Source of the DNA: Phoronis australis
Taxonomy: Eukaryota; Animalia; Phoronida
Reading direction: 5' to 3'
NCBI GenBank assembly: GCA_002633005.1
Contig: NMRA01000228.1
Coordinates: 8,676 to 72,675, forward strand
DNA length: 64,000 nt
The notes beneath the pieces were generated by a model, which did not search any database, was not told where the DNA came from, and saw only the letters and a program-made list of their open reading frames with translations. Below, piece by piece: positions 26,901 through 37,900 of the stretch. Made by a program: the position numbers and the translations under genes. The number at the start of each line of letters is the position of its first letter. Positions within the stretch are counted from its first letter, which is position 1.

Positions 26901-29900
26901 TGTGTCACCACGATATCTCGCTCCCTGTGCCCTGTGTTTCCGCGATATTTCGCTCACTTTCTATGCATTTCTCTCCCTTCCTTCTTCATCCACCCCCTTC
27001 CTTCTTCATCCACCCCCTTCCTTCTTCATACACCCCCTTCCTTCTTCATCCACCCCCTTCCTTCTTCATCCACTCCTTTCTACATGAACCTCCTCGTTTC
27101 ATTTTCACAAAAAAATTATCGAACCTGATACCCATGTAATTAAAGTTTACAACGAAAGTGCTACTACAGTTAAAAAATTAATTCTTCAATTTTTTTTCTA
27201 GATAGTCAACTTTACTGGAACGATCCTGTTTAAGAAATGTCAAACGCACTAGCTAAAACTTTCAACATTCTTTCCATGTTCAAACACCTTTTTTCCTAGA
27301 AGCACACTCCTGACGATATGCTTTGGCCATCGCATATACATTTTGTAACACTGCCATCGGGTTTAATAATTGCGCGAGATTAAAAAATCCACGGCAAAAA
27401 GTTTTAAAATATGTTAACAAGTCTTCGTTTTCGTTGACAGAGAAATCATTTGCAGGTAAAACGGAACTCTTTTTTCCAGACTGCCGGTGCTCAGCAATTA
27501 CCTGATTGTACCTTTACTGGTCACCCAGTCACATAATAAAAATACTTGTTTCTATTGGCGTTTACCTGTGCTCACCTGATGATACTGTTGGTAATAAATC
27601 GAAACGAGGTACTGCTTTATAAACGAGTTTTGTGATTGTCGTTATTTTAGAATGTTAAACATTACTCTGACAAATGTATGTTCCTATCTCTCGTTCCGCA
27701 CCTTCCCACCCCTCACTCTCTCCCTACGTGCCTCATTTGTCAAATTCGCCTTTGCTGGTCACACGGTAATGTTATTCTATTGTTTTGCATGACTTAAAAA
27801 ATCAACTGTTTCTCCCTCTCGTTCAAATCCTCCCCTCTTTCCGCCGCCATTGTCACGTACAAAGTATACAAACTTCACCTGAGCGTAGCCATTCCAAAAG
27901 ATAATGAGGACGCCAAACACCAAGCTAATCCTCAAAAGCCGTGTGAAAGCTTGTTTTGCTCTTTCATCACATTTGTTGCCAAAATCCACCACTCTTCCCA
28001 GACGTCGATTCGATGCATTCTTGCAGGTCATTTTAAGATAGGCTACTTTAAACATCCCGAGTAAAACAGCCTCTAAAAAAACGAAAATAATCCAAGAACG
28101 CATATATTTATAACTTCATCTTACCGTATAACATGGGAATTCGAATAGTGCCCAGTTTTTAAAGAGTCATCAAAATGAATCTCCATAGGACTCATTTGCA
28201 GTGAATTTTTGGAAAAAATCACACTCATTCTCTTGGGGGAGATTTCCCATTTTGTATGCGTTTAAACCACGTAAATTATTACTTTCTGAGTCAAACACGA
28301 ATAGAAATCCCCTTGGACTATATTGTTTTAAACGCAACAAATCAAAAAGTATGAAGCCGTTCTGTGCTGTAAAAGTGGACCCTCTTGTTTTGCTCCAAGG
28401 AAGAAATGAACTCAAAAGTTATGAATTTCAATCGGAAAGGCAAAATATCGAAAAGAATCAGGTCGTGAAAAGTCCCTAGCGTCACGTAACCCCGGAGTTG
28501 TTATCAAAATAGGACAATCTAATGTTTAATTACAAAACTCACTTGATTCCATTCTTGGCCAAGGTTTGTAAATACGTGAGCCCAAGAGAAAAAATAGTAG
28601 CGAAGCAAATACAGCCGTCGCTACACCAACTGCCACGTGGTCCTTTGTCTGTGACTTACTAGCCACGAACCCGGATGTTATAGCTCCGACAGAAACCATC
28701 CAATAAAACCTATAATTTCAACAGCAAAATCTTTATCTAAAAGCCAAACTCATTTTATAATGTTGGAATAACCATGGTCATTTCTTTCGAGTTCACATGT
28801 GGCAAGAACATAAGAGAAAGTCTAAAATCACATTGACTATATGCTTGGTTATGTTTTCTTGATCAAAACAACTAGAATCCTGAACAAGAATTAAATGTCG
28901 AGTGTGAGAGCACAAACGGTAATATGATGGTTGTTTACAAATTCTCAAACAGCTAGCTTGTCATAACTGCAAAAACGTTTGCCTAAAATAACGCTGAAAC
29001 TGGTCATGCACGTCTTACCAAACAAATGCCTTTTTGACTGAATCCCGTCCGAAAAAATACGTGGCTTGATAAGCGCAATAAATTGTGATACTTGGTTTAA
29101 ACAGGGAACATCCAAACGCTATTAAGCCCATTGCTGTGAAAAACAGGCCCACTTTCTGAAAAAGAAACTTATGTTTAACTTGAAGCATCACAGTTCCTCT
29201 CATACAGTGGCTGGTGTTAGGCATGATTTTGTGTCTAAGTTTAATTAACATACAGTATTACTATAAATAAAAACACTGGCAGAAAAAGTGTCCGCTTTAG
29301 TTTGAAAACGTTGACTACCAACCGCTCTCGAGCAGAATCATAGAGGATACCTGTAACACATGGGTCGATTTTTGTGTTCAAATGCTGTAAAACTAGCCAG
29401 CCTTCTGAGAATAAAGAAAGCTGGAATCCACTTCGAAAACGTGTAGACTGCTCAATGAAAAACTGTACAAGTTGAAAACCAATCTGCCATTTGCGACTGC
29501 GCTTATTCCAAAATCAAAATCTGGGTGTCAAAAATTACGAAAAATGTGTTATTTTGCAGTCTTTTGAACGTAGTTTGGAGTAACGGCCCCTATTTGTTCG
29601 TAGCCAAATTATTTCGGAGGAGAAACAACCCGCCCCCAGCTTTTACTCAGTGAAATTTACCGACCGTCATTAGTAGAGTTCACACTAAAGCATTTACAAT
29701 GTTTCTAAACATATGAATTTTTCCGCAGAATTTTTACTCGCATGAACGAGCTTAAAATTTGCGAGAATTAAAATTAGGTAATTTTCGCGTTTATTCGAAA
29801 AAAGTCAAACATGAAGGGACCTTGAGGGACGACATAGTCTAATGGCGTGAGTATAACCACCCTCGCACACGGTGTGTACCGGAGTGACGATATAGTCTAG

Positions 29901-32900
29901 TGGCGTAAGTATAACCACCCTCGCACACGGTAAGTACCGGAGTGACGATATAGTCTAATGGCGTGAGTATAACCACCCTCGCAAACGGTGAGTACCGGAG
30001 TGACGATAGTCTAACCGTTCATATAACTACAGCTGCACAACCGCTAACCAGAGTCTAACCGTGTGTAGAACCACAGCCCCACAAACGGTGACTATCGGAG
30101 TGGCGATATAGTCTAACAGTGAGAATAGGCTCCAGTCCCACGTGACGGTAAGTACCGGAGTAACGATATAGTCTAACCGTTCATACAACCTCAGCTGCAC
30201 AACCGCTAGCTACAGAGTCTAACCGTGTGTAAAACCACAGCCCCACAAACGGTGACTATCGGAGTGACGATATAGTCTAACAGTGTGAATAGTCTCCAGT
30301 CCCACGTGACGGTAACCAAGGGAAGGATGATGTATCTAACCGTGTGTATAAACAGAATCACACAAACGGTGACTAACCGGCGAAGTTTCCTAAATGACAA
30401 AACTCGTTTGTCGTGACATAATGTCACACTCAGCATATATTGTCGCCCGAGCGACAATTTGTTTTTTGTTCAACACTATATGTCACAACAGCGCCCACGT
30501 TAGGCCTATTTTAAGACTTACCGCGCTTTCTGAGCACGCGTCACAAGCGTACACCGCGATCAACTGAAGCACAGCTCCTGAAACACAATCATGATTGGCC
30601 AGGCTTTCAGTTCATATAGCCCTCCATAAATTGATACCATTGTGTTCTAACATTGAATCAAAAACAGTTAAGGGATACTTGGTTGCTGTTAAGTTGACAA
30701 TGTTAAATACTTAAAGGATACCAAAACCTGAATAGTGATATCAATCCTCGTCCCGTACTCCCCTGCTGAATACACCATCGGCGTCTCCCATGAATGATAA
30801 AGGTGTGACTCAACTAAAACACATACTCGCTGTGTCACAGAATGGATATTATGGTTCATGACGAGGTTCCCTTTCCTAAGGTTATGTGCCTCGTCAAAAG
30901 CTTGCCCGTTTAGCAGAGTTCGTAAAGAGTTTTCAAAATTTGCTCCAAACTTTTAAGGATTAATTAACAAGGATTACAAAACATCAAATAATTGTTTCAC
31001 AGAGTTGAATAGGAAAGTCGTCGTTAATCCGTAGTCATAGGACAAAACCGAATTAAGTATCCTTTAACTGAAATACTTTGGTATTTGCGTTAAGACATTA
31101 TCACACTTTTCCGATTCTGAATTGTTGGCTACTGGAATAATGCGGCAAGTCAAGCCACAGACAATGCATGCGGCATTTTTGAATTTGCAGTGATAAGGTT
31201 GGACAAACCTAATAAACACTCAATATATGCTCTGAAGCATTTTCTTGACCAGTTGATGGTTCTGACGTTCTTGTTTATAACTAAGTTAAATTAAATCCTA
31301 CCGCTGCAAGGATTATTAGGGGAGTGACTTTGAACTAAAGTTTGTTTTTTTGATAGTTACAATACTTTCATAGAACAGTAAAATGTCAAAAATAAGTTGT
31401 ACTAGAATCAGACTTCTTCTATACAGTGGTTTGATTTGGAGTTCAGAGACTGAGTTTCGGGGCTCGACTTGCCCTCGAAATTCTATTGACCAGACATATT
31501 CTCGAAAATGTTTTTGAAACAACAGAATTTAAAACATGCTTCAGACTGGTGTCTGTGCAACATTCTATAAGACCTTTAGTACAATCTTGTAAATTTACCA
31601 TCGCAAACTTGTCAGGGTGATGAAAATCATGTCAAGCTTCTCGAGTTTTCGAAGATAGTGTTGCCTGTCGCGTCAAGTATCAAATCAATTCGAAAAAAAT
31701 GTTTGTACAGCTGTTTTCCGCAGAAACAGCACCGAATTGTGTTTCTTTGCGGACGAACTTACCACCAAGATATATCACAGAGCCTGCGACAATAGCCGCG
31801 TACTGGCCAATGTAGGCGTCAGCAAAAGCAGCCCCGAACACCGGCAAGAAATATATCGTGCCTAAAACAAACATTAATGAGTCGGCATTAGAAATCGAAT
31901 GTTACGAAATTTAATAATAAAATATTTTTGTGGATCACAACCGAACGCCATGGTATAACCCTAACAAGATTTCTGAAACTTGACTGGCGGATCGAGGATG
32001 TCGTAAAGAGAAGCCAAGCATAATTTATGAAGGCAAGACAGCTGTTTCTTCTTCTTTTGGAGGGACCCGCCCCCTGTCCCTTCCCTCTCAATCTGCCCAT
32101 ACGAGATGCTAAACATCGACCGATGATATAAACTTCGACGACACAGTATAACCAACTTCAATACAGAATAAATAAAATTAATAAAAAGGCCATTCGATAG
32201 CTGTTTAGGAGCGCTTCAAGGCAATCATATAACTAGTTGAAAATCCCTTATATTTATACGTACGTGCACATGTCAGAAATCCAAGGCCAATTGGGTGCAT
32301 GAAAGTTCAGGCGTGCTCGACTATAGATTTTGGCAGTGTGTCCAGAAAGTTAGGATTTCCACTGACTTAATTAGAGACCCATGAAAAAGGCACTATTTTC
32401 TACGATTTTGTTCCAAAACACCACATTGTTACAAAAAAGTTTTTTTCTTAAACCTATCCATTCCGCGGGATTCCAGGACAGTTGAAAATTTTCAGTATAA
32501 GAAGAGATGCCAGGCATGTAATCAAAAACTGACTAGGCCTACATCCTTTTCGACCAAGGTTTGGAACCATAGATAATAATGAAACCCTTCTGTAGATTTG
32601 GGTATTTAGGAAAAGGGAAAATTTTTGTTGTGTTTCGAACCCCAAACCATAATCTTTTGCAGATTTATCGAACCGGAAGGAAGCCTTTCGTTGGGAATTC
32701 TGTCAGAAAATGCACCCTCTGATATAAGGAAGCTGGTCTTGAAAAAAAGCTACCACTGAACGACACATATATCCCTAGTCTAGGAGAGTGTCCCTCGGGC
32801 ATCAAAGTTGAACAAAAGTTTCGTCGTACGATACCACGTGCCCCAGTGCAACTGAAAAATGAATATGACTACTACAATGAATCAGGAAAAGCTCTGCATT

Positions 32901-33992
32901 TTCTGCAGCCAAAAACAGGAAGTCAAACTTCGACAGTGACTGAAAAAGACATCTGTTGCTTATGTCAACTAAGATGTCACGTTATCTCTGCTTCAGTAGT
33001 GCAACTACGCCACAATGGGAAGGGTATGCTACGACATACATTGTCGTCATTGTCATAAATTGTTGCCCGTCGATAATTTAATTATGTCGACGACGTCAAC
33101 TCAACCTGCCTATATAATCCTGTGCCTATAAAGTCATAAACCATTGCTACAAACCGGTAAATTCTTTTGTTATAAAATTCTAATCACACAAATGAATACC
33201 TCAATTACAATTCTACAAAGACACTAGAATCTTCTAGTGCCTAGGCTTGAAGAGCATTCCGACCGACACAGCTGGTTTGTCTCATATCCGTGATGTCCGA
33301 CATGTTTCATACTCGAGTGTATGTAGGCTTCAGTTTCTTGAACATATACGCGTATAGAAATGAAGTACGTACACTTTTCGTAGCGTAATATTCTTAAACG
33401 TCATCATTTACTGAGGATGGACACGATTCCATGGCCGTGATTCTAAATCCCAGCTACGATCCCCTATAATGACAAACTCCATACCTAGGGACCAGATATA
33501 CACAGGTATGGAGTTTGTTGGCAACACATTGTGGAGTATTTTTCGGAGTTCCGCGTGTAAGTGGTGTTTAGATGTGCATGCATGTAATTTGTACCGCGAA
33601 TTTAATGTGTACTGGTCCGGGACAGAGGACCGAAGCTTGATTTTAGTCAGGAATCGTTTCCACCCATACTTCAACGCGTGAGCAACCTATTCTAGAATAA
33701 GTACATTCGCGCAATAAGGTACTTGTTCAAGAAACCTTTGGCGCTTCATAGCTACGACCTTACCATCAAACAAATCCTTTAATAAAATAGTGTCTGAAGG
33801 GTTGGAGAAAAACTGAGATGAGAACGACGGCAAACTCGTTGAGATGGAATAGTACGCAAATCGTTCCAGTGCGACCGAAAGTCCGATGCAGCAAAACACA
33901 ACCAGCCATCTGGTCGGCGCTCCTTTGTATTTATTAGGCGTCTGAATCAACGGCGAGCGCTCATTCACAGTAGCGGGTAGACTATTCATCAT
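20765..33992 (-). CDS. SLC15/POT (PTR2) oligopeptide transporter, SLC15A4-like; 10 coding exons, 506 aa
   Basis: Exons 33992-33764, 31861-31763, 30577-30522, 29155-29019, 28709-28543, 28072-27879, 26728-26515, 26046-25903, 23489-23367, 20922-20765. Total 1521 nt, all GT-AG, open frame. Motifs ERFAYY, GAAFADAYIG, FKP, WFYW, FWNGYAQ, LPQ..LGESF, FAFTQSP. Confidence 0.9.
21087..21320 (+). mobile_element. DNA-transposon end fragment next to TTAA
   Basis: CTTGCCCGTTTAGCAGA..AAGAGTTTTCAAA..CCAAACTTTT is shared with 30900-31050. Confidence 0.55.
21665..21828. mobile_element. PIF/Harbinger-like MITE
   Basis: TIRs GGTCCCGTTTTATGAAA / TTTCGTGAAACGGAGCC; TSD CTG. Confidence 0.7.
22485..22643. mobile_element. 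Tc1/mariner-pogo type MITE
   Basis: TA|CCGTAATCGTTCGGGTTA ... TAACCCGAACGATTATGG|TA with internal TTAACCGCCC repeats; related end at 44735-44895. Confidence 0.85.
23367..23489 (-). CDS. SLC15 coding exon 9
   Basis: GYYFAFTQSPKGLEGFVIGLHFCIWAISNYV (a different frame from the ORF track); ttttgcag / GTAATT. Confidence 0.9.
24225..25737. mobile_element. ~1.5-kb TIR element with nested insertions
   Basis: GTTGGCCAAATGGGTGAACGTTA (24226) vs TAACGTTCACCAGTTTGGCCAAC (~25714-25735). TTACGC-rich array 25510-25720; contains MITE D at 24434-24581. Confidence 0.65.
25903..26046 (-). CDS. SLC15 coding exon 8
   Basis: GLGFVFMTLAMISGGSME..LPQVALLSLGESFAGVA. Confidence 0.9.
26515..26728 (-). CDS. SLC15 coding exon 7
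   Basis: ctctcttcttcag|IITSFHTQMVKT..LNTINSGSLLLFLPL..FTQM; donor GTACAT. Confidence 0.82.
26787..26955. repeat. 32-bp minisatellite (~5 copies)
   Basis: (CTCGCTCCCTTTGCCCTGTGTCACCACGATAT)n. Confidence 0.95.
26975..27080. repeat. 20-bp minisatellite (~5 copies)
   Basis: (CCTTCCTTCTTCATCCACCC)n. Confidence 0.95.
27879..28072 (-). CDS. SLC15 coding exon 6
   Basis: KAVLLGMFKVAY..VFGVLIIFWNGYAQ; phase 1 to 0. Confidence 0.88.
28543..28709 (-). CDS. SLC15 coding exon 5
   Basis: WFYWMVSVGAI..FFLLGSRIYKPWP; tatag / GTGAGT. Confidence 0.9.
29019..29155 (-). CDS. SLC15 coding exon 4
   Basis: KVGLFFTAMGLIAFGCSLFKPSITIYCAYQ..KAFV; phase 0 to 2. Confidence 0.9.
29825..30380. repeat. 58-bp tandem repeat grading into a higher-order duplication
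   Basis: GGAGTGACGATA at 29881, 29939, 29997; then a ~165-bp block duplicated (~30008-30170 and ~30171-30340). Confidence 0.9.
30522..30577 (-). CDS. SLC15 coding exon 3
   Basis: GAVLQLIAVYACDACSESA; tttcag / GTAAGT; bridges phase 1 to phase 0 as required. Confidence 0.8.
31763..31861 (-). CDS. SLC15 coding exon 2
   Basis: GTIYFLPVFGAAFADAYIGQYAAIVAGSVIYLG; ttttag / GTAAGT. Confidence 0.92.
33764..33992 (-). CDS. SLC15 coding exon 1
   Basis: ttttcag|G ATG; MMNSLPATVNERSPLI..VALERFAYY..DLFD; donor GTAAGG, phase 1. The acceptor implies an upstream non-coding exon. Confidence 0.88.
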
Positions 33993-36554
33993 CCTGAAAA
34001 GAGAATCCACGTAAACCTCTTTGGTGGAACGCCTCTCCTGTCTCTGCTTTCTGAAAACATCATTTCATAGTTTTATGTGTTCTAGCTATGATTGAGCGCA
34101 AGAATAAACTGTACGCTTATCTTGCAAACATGACTTCGGTTTCATTTTTAACGTGAATTCGTCCACACAAGACCAACATGCATGCCCACGTGTCCGGTGC
34201 ACAGGTCTGACAATTTGCAAAAAGTCCTGCATGAATATTTGTGAGCACAATCCCAACTCATTTTCAATGCCCGTGAGACTCCAATTTACCGTATTTCATA
34301 GTGCGAGTTGTTGAGTAACGTCATGATAGTTCACGGTTCACCTGACAAAGTGATAACACTGAGTTGACGCTAAGTTGACCATATCTCTCAATCACAGACC
34401 CACGTACGACCCTCTGCCTTGGGAACAGTTGACTTCGTTCTATGTCTCTGTATCAAATAATCAGAACACGTCATTCAGCAGCATTGTCCTCTGGATTTGC
34501 AAGATAAGGAAGTATTTTGAGAACCTGAACCAGTTAGACCTACATGTGCGAATTAACGATAGTGAATTGAGTTTCTACGGTATCTCTGGTCAGTGGGATG
34601 GCAGTTTGCAGTGTGAGAAACGGCTATATTCTTGCATTTTTAATAACAAACATTCTTGAATTATGTATCTGGCGGCCTGGAGCAAAGAACATCGATGATA
34701 TCCCTTTTAAAGTGAAACGACTTACCCGCTAGAATGGATTGTATTTTCTATGACCCTACGTCAAAATTCACCAAAACACCAGCTTCTTACAGACCACTCG
34801 AGTTATTTCAGATTGGCAAAACTGCCCAGTGCACTTACTTAGTTGTTTGAGATAGGATGACAATGATTTTCTAAAATTTCAGCCTACATGAAAGTTCACT
34901 AGCACTTGTATAATTGTCAAAAAAATTTTGACAAAATCCGGCAGTCGATTATCATAGATACATTACCACGCAAATTAGCACCCTAACAGGTTACCAGAAG
35001 AAAATAACCTCGACAACATGGCACACAATGTAAATACTAAAGACGCACACAGCTAACATTTTGAGTTGCAAAGTTGCATTATATTTTTTTACAAACCCGG
35101 GATGCGCTGGCGCAGACACTCCCCTAGTACTTGATGGGCAACCGTGAGAGCACGGGCGAGGGAGCATCCCAGAGGCGTTTGCGGGTATTTTCCTAAGAAA
35201 TCTTTCAAGTTTATTCCCGTTACAGTAAATTTTGATTCATTCCAGTGGTTGTCAGTACACAGTCATCAAAAATCTTACTCCGGGCTCAATCTGCTCGACG
35301 CAGCGAGTTACATACAAACGTCAGATTCACTCTTCACAATCAATGCTTTGTTGGTAACGATCTTCAAATTCTTTGGGAAAAAGTGCCGATATAAAACCAT
35401 CAAGAATCTACTAGTAGTTCACAGTAGCGTTCTCCAGGTTATTTTATCGTTAGATTCTTGTCAACGTTATTTTTCACTTTTTTAATACGATATTAGGTTT
35501 TCTTTATTTCGGCCTTTTTTGATGGACTTGAGCTTCACGTGAACAAATTTTGTAGTTTTCAGGACTTGCCCTCATGAATAGTTGACAGTATCGAATATGA
35601 CATATATAGGGTGCAAAGGGTCACTTAACCTTCTAAGAGAGGATCCCCTGTGATAGGGGTCCCTTACTATAAAAGACATGCTGCCCAAATACTCTATTGA
35701 GAAAGGTTATCTCATTAAATGAAAAACTGGAAAAGAGTGCCATTCCATTCCCATGTCTATTCACCCTTCCTCCATCATGGAGTCACATTCCTGAACATAA
35801 AAGTTTCACGATTTTACAACAGGAAAAGAGATGACACCAATGGGGTCACCACCGTGAGTGGCCCATTAAGAAAAAATAATATAAATAAGAAAAACAGAAA
35901 CAGGATTTCCATGGGTGCCATAGGCGCTCCTCCCCCCTCCTGCAAAAGCTGTGATTTATATCAAATGATATCCAGTTTCAAAGACAACACGGAAAAGGGA
36001 GCGAAGAACAACAACATTACCGCGAGCCAGAGTCACTGCCGGTGTCACTGGAGAAATACAGCTCTGCATTGCGTAACAATTGTCTTCTTGAAGTTAAAAA
36101 CCTGAATCAGTTTGCTCTGGCAAATCTCCAGTGAGCATGACAAGTTCGATAGGACTTTTTGAAAGTATGTATGCAAACATTTTAAAAACTTTGAACCCCA
36201 GCCACCGCAAAAGTGCCCTTGGGGGACTCAATAGGTAAATCCAGCGGTTCGTAATTAGAACATGTTCTCCAAAAATTCTCTCTCCTACAAGTTTCGCAGT
36301 TTCTCACCTCCCCCGCCGGGAGCTCTATACAAAGAATGTAATTTCTTGCCTGATAATTATTGGGGAACACGTACCCTCGCTTCCTACCCCTTTGTTTGTG
36401 GAGGGCGCTGCCCTTCATGGGTGGAGGGGTGCTTATCCCTCCCCCATTTCTTACCTCAAATTTAGATCAATGGGAGCCGCGTACTGTTACTTATAACTAT
36501 TTGGGGAGTCTTCCTGATCGTATACGCCTGTAGTCTTTAAGTAGACATAGCTCA

Positions 36555-37900
36555 TAGTCGTAGGAGAAAGTGGGGCACTTTGAGCCATGGGGCTGTATGT
36601 TCCTTTGCTTGCCAAATTAAAACACTAAATCAATACTTTGGCACCAGATGTGACTTGCATGTGGTCCTGCTGGCAAGGAGTGGAACCATTTGTATCATTT
36701 TCTGTTTCGTGCTGGTTTGGATTTTGTAGCGTGCTGTTGATAATTTGCCGACTTCCGTAAAATTTCAAGGTAAGTTAGTTTTCCTTCTATAATAAACGAT
36801 AGTCTTGACACACGGGAACTGAACAGCTGTAATAATACTTGTAGAAATGGGCTATAAGCAGCCATACATTTCAGTGTTGAAAGTTGATCTAATTTTGAGT
36901 TTCTCGTGTTTTGCTTCAGAATTTGAAGATGGAGCACTTTGAGTCATAGTGTGCGGGGCAGGTTGAGCCATGGCTCATAGTGCCCCATCGTTATGTAAGC
37001 AACAACTTAAAAGTTTTGAGTATTTTGACACAACTTTATTGTAGAAAATGGTTAGAAAATATCAACGAAAGACTAATAAAGGAATGTAAGACAGTGAGAT
37101 TATGAAGAGGGCTGTGCAGGAAGTGATTCAAAACGGCGGGAAAGTGAGGACTGTGGCAAGAGACCTTCCAAGTTGAGTTGACCGTATGACGTTGACAAGA
37201 TGGGTAAAAAAAATTCCAAGATGGTAAATTAAAGGAGACCGATAAGATAGCACCTCAGATGAATACAAGACAGGTAATATATTAAAATACTCAAAGCTAC
37301 TTAACAATGTAGTCAATCAATAAAATGAGGTAAACAGTCACTTTAAATGTTGGGATATTTTGTTTAAATTGCAAGTGTAAATGATTACTTCTCAGGCTCA
37401 TCCAAATAACTACTAATCCTGCACCGATTATTTAAATTTTTTATATTTTATAGTAACCTTATGCCGGTGTACTTTTCGACTGGATGAACATAACATATCA
37501 AGATGAATTATATTATGTTAAATCTGTACAATAATTTAAATGTTCTTCCATTTTTATGTGTTTGATGATGCGGAAGAGGCGTCACTGAGAAAATACCTCC
37601 TCACTCGTTCGCTGATGTTTCATGGTTTGGGGTACAGTGATGTTCAACGCCTTGCATATGAAGTTGCTATAAAAAGAGACAAGGTCCACCATCCTTCATC
37701 CTGGGATAAGAATGCCATGGCTGGAAGAGATTGGATGTACAGTTTCATGCCACGCCACAAAAACCTTAGTCTGCGAACGCCTGAGGGAACAAGTTTATCC
37801 CGTGTCCATGGTTTCAATAAATCAATTGTCCAAAAAATTTTCACAATGTGGAAAGACGTTCCGACTGAAAATGCATTCTATAGAGATAGCATTTACCTGA
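36555..37900 (+). mobile_element. Degenerate pogo/Tigger-like transposon (HTH-psq + CENP-B HTH; no DDE domain seen)
   Basis: Subterminal GGGGCACTTTGAGCCA repeats. MVRKYQRKTNKG..MKRAVQEV..VARD..RMTLTRWVKK at 37048-37222 (with stops). VFDDAEE..AGRDWMYSFMPRHKNLSLRTPEGTSLSRVHGFNK at 37558-37850. Confidence 0.88.

Noticed and set aside
27576-27611. Candidate 36-nt SLC15 micro-exon (YLVSIYYQQYHQ, AG/GTGAG)
   Set aside because: The acceptor is weak, and the stronger acceptor at 26728 already gives the expected Q-x7-Q spacing (AQ|IITSFHTQ).
26787-30380. Short regular repeats superficially like CRISPR arrays
   Set aside because: There are no unique spacers and no cas genes, and they lie in eukaryotic introns. 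They are minisatellites.
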